DNA of 64,000 nt. Origin: a virus. The translations under genes and the position numbers were made by a program. The notes beneath the pieces are model-generated. The model was not told the origin of the DNA. It was given only the letters and a program-made list of their open reading frames with translations, and ran no database searches. Shown here piece after piece: positions 39,801 to 52,600 of this stretch; positions within the stretch are counted from its first letter, which is position 1, and the number at the start of each line of letters is the position of its first letter. The stretch spans positions 32,001 to 96,000 of the IMG/VR virus record IMGVR_UViG_3300044638_004964, one strand, 5' to 3'.

Positions 39801-41559
39801 AATAATTGCCAACACCATTAGCATTTAAACTTGTTGAATCAAGTAATATTTGCTGATAAGCACCAAATCCTCTTGGAATTGTAGCCACCCTATTTCCATG
39901 ATTTCCTAACAATCCGTAGTATGGAATAATTTGTTGATTTAATGATGTTTCAAATTTCCACTGATTTCCCAATAATGATGATGCTTGATTTTCTTTTCCG
40001 GCTTTTTGTTTTCTTATTTCTAAATCATCTCTATCGGCATTAGCTGAGAAATAATACATATCAACTTCTTGTGCGCCAACAATAAACTTGTCAGTTGTAA
40101 CATTAGATAATTCAAAACCAACATCTTGATTTTCTACATAAATACCTTGCGAGGCAAGATTATCGATATACTTTTTAATAGCCCCGTATTCTGGCTGTTT
40201 TGATCTATCAATAGCATCAACCCTAATAATTCCAGCTATAATTTCTTTTGGTTTATCATCACTCATAGCTGTATTATTAGCACTATGAAATCTTTTGCAT
40301 GATGGGTGATCAATAATTGGTAATAATGTTACAAATAAATCGCTACTTGTAATATCGCATATTTCTAAACATAAATCTAATAGGTTTATTTGATCAAAAT
40401 CAAAGAAGTAGTAATCCTCTATCTCTTTTAATCCACTTAAATCTACAATATAATTAAAACCACGAAAGTTAATATATCCACCAAAACCAGCATCTCTATA
40501 TTCTTTTGGTATTTGGCCATCGATTCCTAATAAAGAATTAAGCCCCTGTCTTAATCTATAATATGGTATTCCTTGGCTACTACGTCGAGCAAAGCCGGTT
40601 CCAGTAATTGGAAATCTTGGTGGAAATTCTGATGCACTTTTATATTCGACTCCAGCTATTGTAAAATTAAAATTAGAATTAGTATTAGTAAAGGTGCTAT
40701 ACATATCATAGCCAGAATAAGAATAGCTCCCATCGCTATTAATATTTTTCTTTAGCACATCTGTAAATTGATAATTTTGTTGCAATTGTCCAGATAAAGA
40801 TTCTGTTGGATTATATTCTAAAAATCCATAGATATTAAACATATTTGCATGTTTAAATATTGTGCCAGCATAGTTATTTAATATCAAAGTAGTATTTGCT
40901 AGTATCTCTCTTGGGTCAACAACTTGAACAGAGTATGCTGGATTTGCAGATGGTCCACGATTTTGAATATATGACTGAAGAATGCCGCCAAATGTTAGAT
41001 GATATTTACCCCTGTATATACTATTTAAAAATTTAGTGTTGTCGATAATGGTATTATTTTGTAAGTTTACATATTGACCATCACCAAGAGATGTGAAATT
41101 GTTTTTATCATAATTTCCAACTATAACGGGCGGAACATCTACGAAAGTGTTCGTATTGTATATATCGTCAAAGACTTTTTTGTATGCTTCTTCTACAGAT
41201 GCATGATTTGTTCCAAATTTAAAAAATACGGGAGAACCTACTGGGGGTGGAGAAAATCTGTCATATAGCCCATTATGATAGACATCATCGCCAACACCCT
41301 GTGGCGATCTATCTGATTTATTATATTCATCGTTTATCAATTCAACGGATAATTGGGAACTATTATCTCCAAAGCCCCCATTAAGATTAAAAGATCTTAT
41401 GGATGCTCCTAAGAATGTTTGTTGTATAAATCCCAAGTTTTCAGAAGTCCAACCGCCAACAGAAAAACTTTGTGGTATAACACCACTATTTATTGGCCAA
41501 TTTGTGCCGTAATACCCAGAGGCGGGACTTATAGAATGATCTCCAGCGGGTCTTGTCAT
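36898..41559 (-). CDS. Large putative tail hub/baseplate protein
   Basis: 1553 aa downstream of the TMP; hub-like C-terminal VTNLSVDVSENGVKTT followed by a coiled coil. Confidence 0.55.
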   Translation of the reverse strand: MTRPAGDHSISPASGYYGTNWPINSGVIPQSFSVGGWTSENLGFIQQTFLGASIRSFNLNGGFGDNSSQLSVELINDEYNKSDRSPQGVGDDVYHNGLYDRFSPPPVGSPVFFKFGTNHASVEEAYKKVFDDIYNTNTFVDVPPVIVGNYDKNNFTSLGDGQYVNLQNNTIIDNTKFLNSIYRGKYHLTFGGILQSYIQNRGPSANPAYSVQVVDPREILANTTLILNNYAGTIFKHANMFNIYGFLEYNPTESLSGQLQQNYQFTDVLKKNINSDGSYSYSGYDMYSTFTNTNSNFNFTIAGVEYKSASEFPPRFPITGTGFARRSSQGIPYYRLRQGLNSLLGIDGQIPKEYRDAGFGGYINFRGFNYIVDLSGLKEIEDYYFFDFDQINLLDLCLEICDITSSDLFVTLLPIIDHPSCKRFHSANNTAMSDDKPKEIIAGIIRVDAIDRSKQPEYGAIKKYIDNLASQGIYVENQDVGFELSNVTTDKFIVGAQEVDMYYFSANADRDDLEIRKQKAGKENQASSLLGNQWKFETSLNQQIIPYYGLLGNHGNRVATIPRGFGAYQQILLDSTSLNANGVGNYYVATEMELRASLISYERWSEFLQTYNDVYMESTEEDDVLETASLGKTPAPPAGAPGGVIPRPSISQNYGVSVPRSVFDTYTDGAKFGSDDLPSSPCNPPYGYPLYYKRATKIGIASAGLASIQNTYNTILTNLAALQNASADDFSNLVNTQWTAINDGTGPNGIQSAEEQAYYDWLEGIRIAGGNKTNDVIGLIDNTLTDLGKTFKILNRLSKKTSENSRRVYNFVKQVAEECLGKKFLVRIPNEANLFYSPNIQLKDGDTSVNEYDKGPFGFRPRSITYDPYYENSEEFKRKIKSEVDGKLTYNNIRSFLTREDNIAYSQFKGALYSNWNPISEEYEFNYEPSKQGGYIDFDLYENTKGNKSLGVNQGLVPQDIKNFLNDGNRISAYVRFDNSQYLSLDGLSPDSFTQQKIEQNNFIPDILNELDNTKTDKFLSFPNPNDLNKEVPQKTVAFVKCDLDDHFYLIPKTEKKSLSVYGQSVKDIGQYSKPNKIYVCATNSYENSFSYYESHYVPETTDGEIVEVLEFKSVYSDVLKSDIIDTDTKNLDTSHVYALITLPSRISPTMDARFRDSTFQQGNAIALKHILHLDVIKGLRGFDKPTYFGNEPNILNDPNFKFDPMTLDAARAAYKVAQNGLNFAFPQRINAAVPSPVYPDLVVLPLMSKERCYGPWVSSQSDVQAKVYENVAGKVDFIKDENLAPWNYSGYQLMNAAGILQAEFANSLLLQTERGGFVIPSAPFGITLGKELLNGGPLVTNLSVDVSENGVKTTCKMDLYTAKFGKLQKQKQDHISKISRERQKLRDEKNSLIRKGLGKNATRTNYQSIYDNIGSVANMTKNDGLDDIFNPNDQNNIMVATVTPRSNIGHTGRTAGMYGATGSEITSTSYDTQVSLQSNSSLSNTASNFADNLHLARSSYNSAGSSMSDNYYATAKEVFHPNMPCVYDGNFAAKQDMYEDGFDNDNLTIWRT

Positions 41560-41942
41560 AATGATTTTCTATATTTTGTATTGTAGATATTAAAACCAGA
41601 AACAGCTAGATTATAAAAGCTTGATGTGTCTATTTCAAAAGCGTATGAGGAAATTTCTAGTATTCCTTGTCCACCTTTAGGACTTATTACATAATGAATG
41701 TATGGATTAAAAACTTTAAAGTCATTTATAGATAGATCTCTTGATAATGGAGCGTTTGATAGCTTAGTATTTTCTGTAAAGTTAAAACCATTGCGATTTA
41801 ATACTGGAACTGATGTTGTAAAAACCGTGACTATTTCAGCCTGAGAAATATCTTCAAAATTGGCTTCTCCAGAAGCTAATATTCCACTTGGATATTCTGA
41901 AAGAGATTTTTCCCCAGATGTTAATGGAGTAAATAGTCCCAT
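41556..41942 (-). CDS. Small hypothetical structural protein
   Basis: Coupled ORF in the tail operon. Confidence 0.55.
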   Translation of the reverse strand: MGLFTPLTSGEKSLSEYPSGILASGEANFEDISQAEIVTVFTTSVPVLNRNGFNFTENTKLSNAPLSRDLSINDFKVFNPYIHYVISPKGGQGILEISSYAFEIDTSSFYNLAVSGFNIYNTKYRKSL

Positions 41943-41944
41943 AA

Positions 41945-43693
41945 TTAATGATCCAATTCATATGTCCAATTAAGACTGATGGAGTATCTTCCATCTTTTG
42001 GGTTCCAACTTTCCGATGGTGGACTCAAAAAATATTTTCTAATTCCCGGCTCATTTGCTGGACTTAGTGCGCTAATCAATTCATTAATCTGAGTTCTAAT
42101 TGGCTCATTTAAACTAGGTTTCGATAACACAAAACTATTTCTATTTCTACCATATGGTAAATCCGTATAATCTACTACAAATTCGATTCCAACGCTTCTT
42201 TGATATTCTGTGCGACCACCAATGTATTGTAAAATTGGTCCGGTTTGTCTACCAAGAACTGGAATTACAGCAAAAATATCTCCGGGATAAGTATCATTAA
42301 TAGAAATATTTTCCGATAATACGCCCGACATGTAATTCATGGGACGATTATCAAATTCAATATTATACGTTATCTCTCCTGTGAATTCATTAACTCCCAA
42401 ACTTAAACTTTTTGGTTGAGCATTTAAAACAGGGGCAACAGAATTGTCCGCTCTTTTATACAATGATGATGTTAAACCATATTGTCCGTTATTACTAATT
42501 TCACGATATTTTGCAAGAGCATTTTGATATGGGGAGATGCCTACCGGTCCAGTTCCACCATATAAAGATCCGCTAGATGGAACAGTGCTTAATCCTTTAA
42601 TACTTCCCTGTATTGATACTGATATAAGTGGAGCATCTAGACTACTACTAATATTCATATTATAGTTTTCATATGCCGTTCCACTTGATAATAACCAAGT
42701 GTCAACCAAACTATATTGACCGTTTGTTTTGTCAATACTTTCAGTTCTTGAATGATTATATCCTCCAAAAGCTTGAGAAATATTAAGAAAATCTTTAGCG
42801 AACACTTGTTCTATATCAAGGCTAGGGTATTCATCATATCCATTACTAGACTTAGCTATTTTTTTCTTTATGAAATTCTTAGCTTGTTGCCATCCCTCAT
42901 ATCTATGAACTTCGTTAGACTGTCCCGATGGGGCATATGTTACTTTACCTGTTGCTGAAATATTTCTAGTAAGTCTATAAGTTCTAATGCTTGTTATACC
43001 TATATTATTTGATGTGGTATTTGTTACTGCATTTTGATCATCTACTTCTATTGACCAATTTTCTGTAAAATCTTCTATAAAGCCACCAAACTCATTGATT
43101 AAATCTGTTTGTTTTTTTCTAACATTAGAATTGTAAAAATTGGTATTAGCATCAGCGCCGCCGGTTGCGAAAGTACTACCCAGTGATCCATCTACAAAAA
43201 CTTTGTTCTGCTCGTCTAATAATACATCAGCTCTTAAGGTGATTGTATATCTACATGTATTTACATATATGCCTTCTTCAAAATTAATTGATTGAACAGT
43301 TGGATAGCATGTAATAATGGGTTCATCAGATCCACCGCTATCAGTATTTCCAGAATCAACAGAAATTGGTAAAATTTCTATTTTTTGACCATCAAGAGCA
43401 AATAATTCTCTAAGAGCGTTTTGTTTTTGTAGTATTGATCTTAATTTTTGATCAAACGGTACAATTTGTCCGCTTGGTCTAGTATAAACGCTAACAAAAG
43501 AGCCGCTAGGCTGAATAGTATTCGCTACATATATTGGCGATCCTTCATCGTCAATAATCGTACCAGTAAGAGTAATGTCATAGGTGCCACCAAAAGTACC
43601 AATTTTATTCCTTTGTGCGGAATAGGATATGGATACGAACGGGGTTGGTCTAATGACACACGGAGACGTATGATTATAATATACTGTTATCAT
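41945..43693 (-). CDS. Putative distal tail/baseplate protein
   Basis: Repeated beta-strand units (ITLTGTI, YTITL, ITYNIEF, YSISLNW); position downstream of the TMP. Confidence 0.5.
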   Translation of the reverse strand: MITVYYNHTSPCVIRPTPFVSISYSAQRNKIGTFGGTYDITLTGTIIDDEGSPIYVANTIQPSGSFVSVYTRPSGQIVPFDQKLRSILQKQNALRELFALDGQKIEILPISVDSGNTDSGGSDEPIITCYPTVQSINFEEGIYVNTCRYTITLRADVLLDEQNKVFVDGSLGSTFATGGADANTNFYNSNVRKKQTDLINEFGGFIEDFTENWSIEVDDQNAVTNTTSNNIGITSIRTYRLTRNISATGKVTYAPSGQSNEVHRYEGWQQAKNFIKKKIAKSSNGYDEYPSLDIEQVFAKDFLNISQAFGGYNHSRTESIDKTNGQYSLVDTWLLSSGTAYENYNMNISSSLDAPLISVSIQGSIKGLSTVPSSGSLYGGTGPVGISPYQNALAKYREISNNGQYGLTSSLYKRADNSVAPVLNAQPKSLSLGVNEFTGEITYNIEFDNRPMNYMSGVLSENISINDTYPGDIFAVIPVLGRQTGPILQYIGGRTEYQRSVGIEFVVDYTDLPYGRNRNSFVLSKPSLNEPIRTQINELISALSPANEPGIRKYFLSPPSESWNPKDGRYSISLNWTYELDH

Positions 43694-46600
43694 TATTTTC
43701 CTCTGATACGCAGATTAAGTGTGTCAGTATCTGTTCCTATCCCACTAGCAAACAGAGTCAAACCAGAATTAGATATTACCGTTGGATCTGGACAGTCGGT
43801 AAATAAATACAGGCCAGACGGTATGCCCGACGCAAAACCCGTTATAGAGCTAGTGTACATTCCTAAATTATTATACACAAATGCGTTATCATCAACATTT
43901 GTATACATATTCATATTATTATCAATATCTACAGCTTTACCAAAATTGGTTAATATCATACCTTGGCTAATCGGAGTACCATACATATACTGGCCGTCTA
44001 TCGCAAAAATGTACGGTCTGTGCTGAATAAATCCCTTAGTTACTGGATCTTGCCCAGAAGCTTCAAGGAAAATCTCACCTTGATTATTACTATAAATAAC
44101 ACCACTAGCAAGATATGATTTGTTATTATCGCTATTATTCTTAAAGCTGATATTAATTGTTGGATTTCCGTCGATTAAAGTTTCTCCAAAAACCCTAGCA
44201 TTGAGGAAACTATCCTTGCTGGGGCCAGATGCTGGCTGTTCTCGTAGCATAACGTCTAAAGCGTAGGATGCTCCAGCACCATTTAGTGGCTGAGTTGATG
44301 AATGATTTCCGCTTATGGCATACTGATGAAATGGTGAGCCTACGACAATCGAATAGTCTGAATCGGTTCTATTAGCCATGTCTATAGCCACAGAATCCCC
44401 ATAATAACTATTAATACGTTCTCTTGAATTGTACCCTTCGGCAACAGATTTTTGAACTAATGTCCACTTTTGTTTTCTTGTTGGCCAATCAATAATTCTA
44501 TTTTCAAAAGTAAAAATAGCACCATTATTTAATGATATATTTCCACTTGTTCCAAAGGCATCTCTATTGGATTTACTTCCTAAGTCATAGAATGATAAGT
44601 AGTAATTGTCGAATTCTTTGTTGAAAAATTTCACGCCAAAAGAACCAGAATTAACAATTATATGATTTTCATAATCATGTCCGGGAGCGCCAATAACCAT
44701 TGTATCATTATCAATAGCAACATCGTAGCCAAATCTATCACCTACGATTGAGTTTCCAGAGTTGCCGCTGCCAATGTTTATACTTTCTGGTCTAAGTTTT
44801 TCAGTAAATTCCCAAGGAGTTTTTGCTCCAAGAAGGCCGCTACCATTGTAGGTTTTTTCAAAAATATAAACTGATCCTGCGCCACCATTATATCCAAGTT
44901 GAATACCAGAAGATAATCCTCCACTAACATAGTGATTCCAAGGATTTATAGATTCATCAGAAAATGCAGCAAATGGTGAGCCAACGACCAATTTATTGTT
45001 ATATAGATCTATTGAGTAACCAAATAGATCGCCGGGGTATCCAACTGAAAATCTATCAAAATTTAAATAATCGTATCCGGTCTTCTTCATTAATTCTGGC
45101 ATACCTCCAGCGAAAGAAGCGTCCTCATACAATACGCCTTCTATGACTCCACTAAATTTAGCTGTTGCTCCATAAGCACTTTGTAGATTTGCAAACTCTG
45201 CTATTTTTTGTTTTATAATTTTTTGAATTTCTTCAAAATCCATTGCATTATTATATGGTTGCCTTGTTCTTAAAACATACCTTGGATCATACTTGGATTC
45301 TTTATCGTCAAAATTTGATAATAGCGATTGAGACGTAGAGCCATTATTAAATAGATAATTAATTCCACTACTATTATATAGTGCGTAGTATTTCTGAGGA
45401 CTTCCCCTTTCTGGAGCTATAATTTTCGTCATGGTGTTAAATTGTCTACCAAAATTACTATTTCTTGGTGACGTTGGATACATACTTGTTAGAAAACTAA
45501 TTGTATTTTGTGAAATTAAATCATTTTCGTCTATCATACATGGACCTTGAACAAAGCTAGAATCAGCAAGAACTGTAATTCTTGATCTATTATTTCCAGC
45601 TAAGAAAGATGATATTGATTCTTGCGCTGCTACCACTGGTCCATCAGCAATTAATTTGTCATTCATTTTGTTTTCAATGCACCTATCAGAAGAACAATAT
45701 TTTGTATTATCTGTGCTAATAGGTCTAAAGGCTGAAAATGTTATAGTTTCTTCTGGAATAGCTTCTCTGGTTTTAATCTCATCGAAACCATCAAGAATTG
45801 GGATCTTTGTAACTTGTGTCAAAACAGTTTCTATAACTGGAATTGATGCTCCAGAAACTGCTAATAGCCTAGTGCTTTTTGGTGCGTAAGTTTTATTTTG
45901 ATTTAATAATCTTTGATTGTTGCCATCAAAGTACATTGTTAGTGCGGACATTCCACTCGGTATTTGAACATTTATAGAATATGTATTGACAAATCCAATC
46001 GTAGCTGGAGATAAACGTCTAAAAACGCCCACTGGTGCGTTTTCAAGAGTAACGAATTGATCACTATTAATATCTAGATCTACTATTGGGGAAGACCTAG
46101 GCATAGTTGGATATGGTAAACCAGCTTCTGTATTGGCATTTGATATAAAGACATTTAATGGCTCTGTTTCACTACTAGTTTCAGAAACTGTGTCAACAAA
46201 TATTTTATATCCAGATCCAGCAATTACTGGGAAACTAACCTTCGCAACGCCGCTTTTCATTTGCCAATATCCAATTAACTTTCTTCTGGTTGCCTTTATG
46301 GAATCATCTGCATAGCAAACCCTATTATTTATATCTTGAGTTTTGATAGGGACAAATCTTATCTGGCTTATTAATTGATATGAGGTTATCTTTGTTTTTC
46401 CATTGCCAGATAGATCTGATGATTCATTAAATGCTAAAGTTTGAAATCTTGTTTGTGCAACTGGATATATATTATCTTCATCTAAAAAGTGTGGTGTGAT
46501 TGAAATACCCAATAGTGAGCAAAGTTGTGATGCTGTTCTAGCTTTACTTTGCACACTGGAAAGATTATTACCATCATATGTTATTACTAGTTTTTTATTT

Positions 46601-49600
46601 CCGATACTTAACCAATTCTTAATGGAGTTGATTTCCTCGTTATTAGGTAGAGTATCTGGATTTGCTATCCAGCAAATATCGTGTGTTGAATATAGTGTTT
46701 GTACATTTACATCAACGGTGTGTCCAAGGTTAATAAATAATTGATTTAAGTGAGAGTCATTGTAACCGTCTCGGAAATTTGTTCTATTCGTCCATCCACC
46801 AAGTTGTGCTATATTAGATTTTAAATTTTCAGTATTATAAGCTATGTTGGCATAAAAGTTTATATTCCTATCACCTTGACCATTATATAGCTGTGATCTA
46901 GATTCTGTTACAACGCCAGCGATTAAAATAACTTTTGACGATGAAGCTTCATAGTTTTGTTGGGCGCAATATGTTGAAAAATCATCCAAGACAAATCTTT
47001 CTATAACTGTTCCTTCTCTAGATGTAGCAGATGACTGTAACAAAGAATCTCTATCATCAAAAAGCTCTGGATCAAAAAATCGCCCAAGACTATTTGTATT
47101 TCCATAATTTGTATTTAGATATGTATAATTTCCGCTACTCGATGACCAGATAAACTCAATACCACTTCCGATGTTTGTATTATCAAAATTGGTAAATGAT
47201 GTTGATTCACTTCGTGTTTCATATCTATATCTTGGAAAAGATTCGTATCTTGCTGGAATTGCTGGATATGTTATAGTATTTACAACAGATTCTGCCGCAA
47301 CTAATAATGGAATTGGTTCTAAATTTGTAAGATCATATCTTGGTGCTGATATGTCTGATTGAGAGCAACAATCTGGAGTAAAAGTCTTGAAAACTAATGG
47401 CCAATTAACTGGATAAATAATCGTTGGTCCAGAACATCTATCACATTGCTCTAACCATTCCGCTCTTAAATCGCCATTGTGTATAAGTGGCATTTGACAT
47501 TCGTGATTAAGAGGATTATCCCACATATCTTTTAAGTCGCATGGCATAGTATATCTATAATCTGGCAAATGCATTCTAATATCAGCAACGCCGTAGCCTC
47601 TTAAAGTTTGTGGCTGAATATAAGTTGATGCTCCTTGTGATGGTCTAAAGGATGGAATTACATTGAAATCACATCCAGAAACTAAAGCTTCGTATTCATT
47701 TCTAGCTGGATGAAGTCTCATTCTAGATTTTAATCCAGATAAAATTTTATTAATTATATTATTTGATTTTAAGTAAATTCCATTATTTTCCCATAATGGA
47801 TCATTGCCAACAAGCACTAGATTCCTATCTCCAAGCTCTAGCCACTTTATAAGTTTATCTAAAATTTCTTCGCTGAGAGCGTCGATTTCTGGCGTAATAA
47901 TAAAAGCTAATCCAGCTTCTTTTGGTATATTTAAATCTGAAAATTCTGTTTTTTCGAAATTATAATTTTGAAAAATTTGAGACAAGTATCTAAAATGTCC
48001 ACTATTTTCTGGAGAACTAATGCTTTCTTCTAAGTTTCCGAACTTTGTGAATTCTACAACTTTATTATGAGGATAATAATTTCTAGACTCAAATAATCTT
48101 ACTGCTCCAGCATTGGTATTTGATTGCCAACTTGACTTTATAGGTCCATTTAAACCATCGATATTTAATGGTTCATTATATCCATCATTCTTATACCACA
48201 CGTTGCCATCATCCCACTGATTTAAACTATCAGTTGGTGAACCAAAAGCTACGATAGTACCGTCTTCGTTAACAGCAACACTATATCCAAGTCTTGGTGT
48301 TGGAAGGAATCTTTGCGGGATAAATTCCCAAGTTCCAAGTATAGACAAATCTGAGTATCTGAATGATTTGATATTTATATATTCATTGATATTTAAGTAT
48401 CTTCTAGCTTCGAATCTTTCTGTTGTATTTAAAGCAACATATAGAGTTTTACCAGCTTCTAATAAACCAAGACTTGCAACGTTAGTTATATATTCTAATC
48501 TAAGTTTTGCGTATCTACCTATGCCACCGCTTTGAGAACTCTTTAGATTGATCCAAGGGCCAATGTCATTGTATAACCTTACTTTTTCATCGTTATTATA
48601 TTCATAAATTTCACAAGCGTTATTGATATAAGGTGATCCAATGGCTATTACTTCTGTATTATTACTAATTGCTACAGCGTGTCCGAATCGGTCTGGAATA
48701 CCATAAGAATCTGCTGGAGAATCTATTTGTTGAATTAAACTCCAAGTTCCACTTTCTTTTTCAAATATATAAACTTTACCGCCACTAGTTGGCACATAAT
48801 TAAATTCACCCAAATTAGGATTGAAGTATTGACTTCCAACACCAGATGTGATGTACTTTACTTGATCGTTAAGCACAAGTCTTCCAGTATCAAGAGTATG
48901 GTTAAGGATATCTTGACTCATTTTTATCCAATTTTCAGCATCATTAAATGTTGGAACAAATTCTGTAATCGCTCCAGAAGATTGAGTTCCATAAAAATCA
49001 GATACTCCACTTTCAAAACTATATTGCTGATAGTATGAAATAAATTGATCTATTGCGCCACCACCATCTCCATTTAAAGACTCTTTACCTAAAGACGCAC
49101 TATTGTCAACATAGAATCCAACTATGGGTGGTATATTATTATTTATTAAGTCTTCATTATATGGGAATGCTTCATTAAATGCTTCTTTAATTCCACTAAG
49201 TATTTTCTCTGTTTGTAAGTCACTTCCTTGTCTACGATGAATCCTCTTTTTGGTAATGAATGTTGGTTTTGGATTTGGGAATTCTTCTGATGGTGCGCTT
49301 TCAGTATCGTCAAGGGTTGGTTCCAGTATTATAAGCTTTACATCAAATGCTGTTGATGGACTTGAAAAATATTTAAAGATTACGTCTTTATCTTTTATGC
49401 TATTGAGAACATCGACGTATGTTCTAGTGCTTTTTCCTTGGCCTACAATTGGTGTAAATTCATCAGTAAAAATCATTAATCCAATTTGAACACTTGATGG
49501 ATTTACGCTTTCAAACGTGCGCGACCATAGTGAACTTGGTCCACCAACAACGAGAACTTCTTTATTTGGTTCATGTAAAGAATTATTTCCAGAATAAATT

Positions 49601-52600
49601 GCTAAATCTAAAGAATGTCCAAACTGTCTACCTTCTTGTCCAACTTTCCAATATCTTTCTGTGATTGGCTCAAATCCAGCAACTAGAGTTCTTGTTGCTG
49701 TTGTGTAATAATCTCTGATATAACCAGATGGCAAATTAATTTGTTCTTCTAATACCCAAGGAGATTTATGTTCATTGATATTTAATGACCAAGAATTTCC
49801 GCTGGGCGCTGGTAGTCTTCTATAAAGAAATACTGTTCCAGCATCTTCAAGGACATAATTTACTGGATCAGAAACACTACTAAGTGGCGAACCAATTGCT
49901 ATTAGATCATTGTTTATAGCAACTGATTTACCATATTGAGCATTAACTTGTCTTCCACTTGCTACATATGGTTCATCGCCAATTAATTTAATTCCAGATT
50001 GACCAAATCCTTGAATATAGTAATTTATATCTTCTATTTCTGGTGGAACTGATATATAGTTGTTGCTTCCGGTTTTTCCAGTAATAAAAACTTTATATGG
50101 AGCATTTGGTATTAGATCTGTATATTTTCTAATACCATAAAAATGTCCACTATAACCTATTGGTGAATTAAATCCGCTAGTAGATAGATTGGTATATGTA
50201 TTTTTTGCTCTAAAAATTCCACCATCAACGCATAAGTCGTTATACCAAGTTTTATCATGAATAGTGAAACTGCTTTCTTGACAAGAATTTTCTGTTCCAC
50301 AATTACCGTAACATATTAAGTCTACGCCGCGAATTTCGTCATTAGCACTTAGTGTTGAATATTTATTATCATCAACTGATATGTTCTTTCCAACGTTATC
50401 ACTATTCCAGCTAATTCCGGCTTGTTGTGCAGTGTCTTGATTGTATGCTAAATAGTTTATTACGAATAATGGTAGACTATCTTCTAGTTTAGTAACTGTG
50501 TAATCTTGTGCAGCAACGTATAAATTTAAAGAATTTTCTGCGCTAATAAAGACATCTCTTAGCTCTGTATATAAAGACATTCTACTGTTTGGATAACGGC
50601 TATCTCCAGCAGTATTTGAGAATGCGTATAGACCTAATGAGCTAATACTGTAATCAGATATTGGTTTATTACTTAAGAATAAAGAGATATTTCCAGAGGT
50701 TGTTGGTGATGATAGTGAGTTCTTGGTAAATAGATTGATTCCCTGTTCATCGAACTGATTAAATCTACCGTCAACGAATAATATTGGACCAAAAGATGGA
50801 GAAGCTCCAAAAATATCGAACGATGAGTAGTTGCCATCTGAACTATCAATGGTTCCAATATTCAATGTGTAAAGCGGTAGAGTTCCACTTGATAATACCG
50901 CTCCAGAACACATTAGATTCATACCGTATCCATTGTTCCAAACGGAAGATGCTGTTGGAATGGGCATTCCGCTGGAAAATAAATTCAACCCACCAACTCC
51001 ACTTGCATTATCCAATCCATACGAATACAGATTTATGTTTGCCAAGGATATAGATTCACCACTACACACAAGATTAAATTGAGTATTATTACTAGGACCG
51101 GCTGTTACGCTATTAGCTTCAACGAGAGCATTTTCTAGTCTAACATTTGCACTATGGATTTTAATAGTAGCATCAAATGGAGATCCACTAGGATATACTA
51201 AGTCATATTGCAAAAACATATCATTAATATCAGTAGAATAATACTTTGTATCAAATTCTGATGTGTTTCGCTCTTGATCAAAATTAGCCCAAGGCTCGCT
51301 GGTGTCGATTAAATCGTTAAAATCAAAAATACTTGATAGTTTTTCCCAACAACCAGATGGGGCTAAATAGTGGGTGTGTCTATTAATTAGACCCCAATTT
51401 ACTTTGCTTGGTCTATCAACAGGCTCTTGATTTTTAGTATATAAACTTACAATTAACTTGGGGCCGATATTGCCATCATTCCAAACTACATTGTCTAATG
51501 TTTCGTATTCAATTATTGTATCAACAACCATAGCGCGTTCTGCAAAGTCGTATCCTCTTGGTAAGGTTTTGCATATTCTTGGTGGCAAAGACAAGAAATT
51601 TGGATTTGCATCTGGAATATCAGATAGATTAAATCTTAGGAAATCATTTTCTATTTGAGTGTGATAGCATACTCCAGATGTTGGAACGCTTGATGGAAGA
51701 ATAGAATCGGTTGTCAGGTTATATGCCGATCCATCGTGTTTTAATCGGTGAATTATATAGTCAGCACCAACTCTTTTTGTGAATGAGTTGTATGCTGGTG
51801 AAAATGCGCATATCTTAAAAGCTCCAAGATTCCATTCTGATGTATCATCATCTACATATTGCCATAATTTAAATTCATCTTTATCATAACTCTCGGATGG
51901 ATTCCAAAATTTATGCTTAATGGTTTCAAAGAAATGCTCGACTTGCATTTGTTTGTATAGTAAATCGACTTGTCCAGCATTATTATCTATTAAGTTGGTT
52001 CCGTCATCGTTATATGTAGAGATGCCGATATCAGTGATAAATAAATTACTACCAATGCCACTGCCATCACTGTAGCCAAACTTTAAATGACTATTACCAG
52101 AGGTCAATATGAATGATGATGATTGATCTCTCAGGTGATGGAATGTATTTGTTGAACTTTTTTCGTTATCTGTATAAAGCTTTAGCTTATTAGATAGGTT
52201 GTCATTGTATGTTAAAATAACAGATATTGGGTATTGATATTCGTAATAATATAAATTATCTTGAACTTTTTTAATCGATCCATTTGAAGCTCTAGCATAA
52301 CCTGTTAAATGGCCATTTTCATATCCCAAACTAAACTCTAGATTTTGACCACTATCATATTTAGCAAATATTATACCACTATTCCATAGATTATATCCAA
52401 CGCCACTCATATTGATATCTGGACTAAATCTTGCAAAAATAGAGAATCCACTAACAGTATCGATGTTTCCAAAATCAATATAGCCAGTATTACCAGAAAC
52501 TCTTACGGCATTGTCATACGAATCTGATATTAATCCATATAAAGAATCATTCTCGTAGCCATCTATAGAAGTCCAGTCTATAGTTTTATATGGTGTATTT

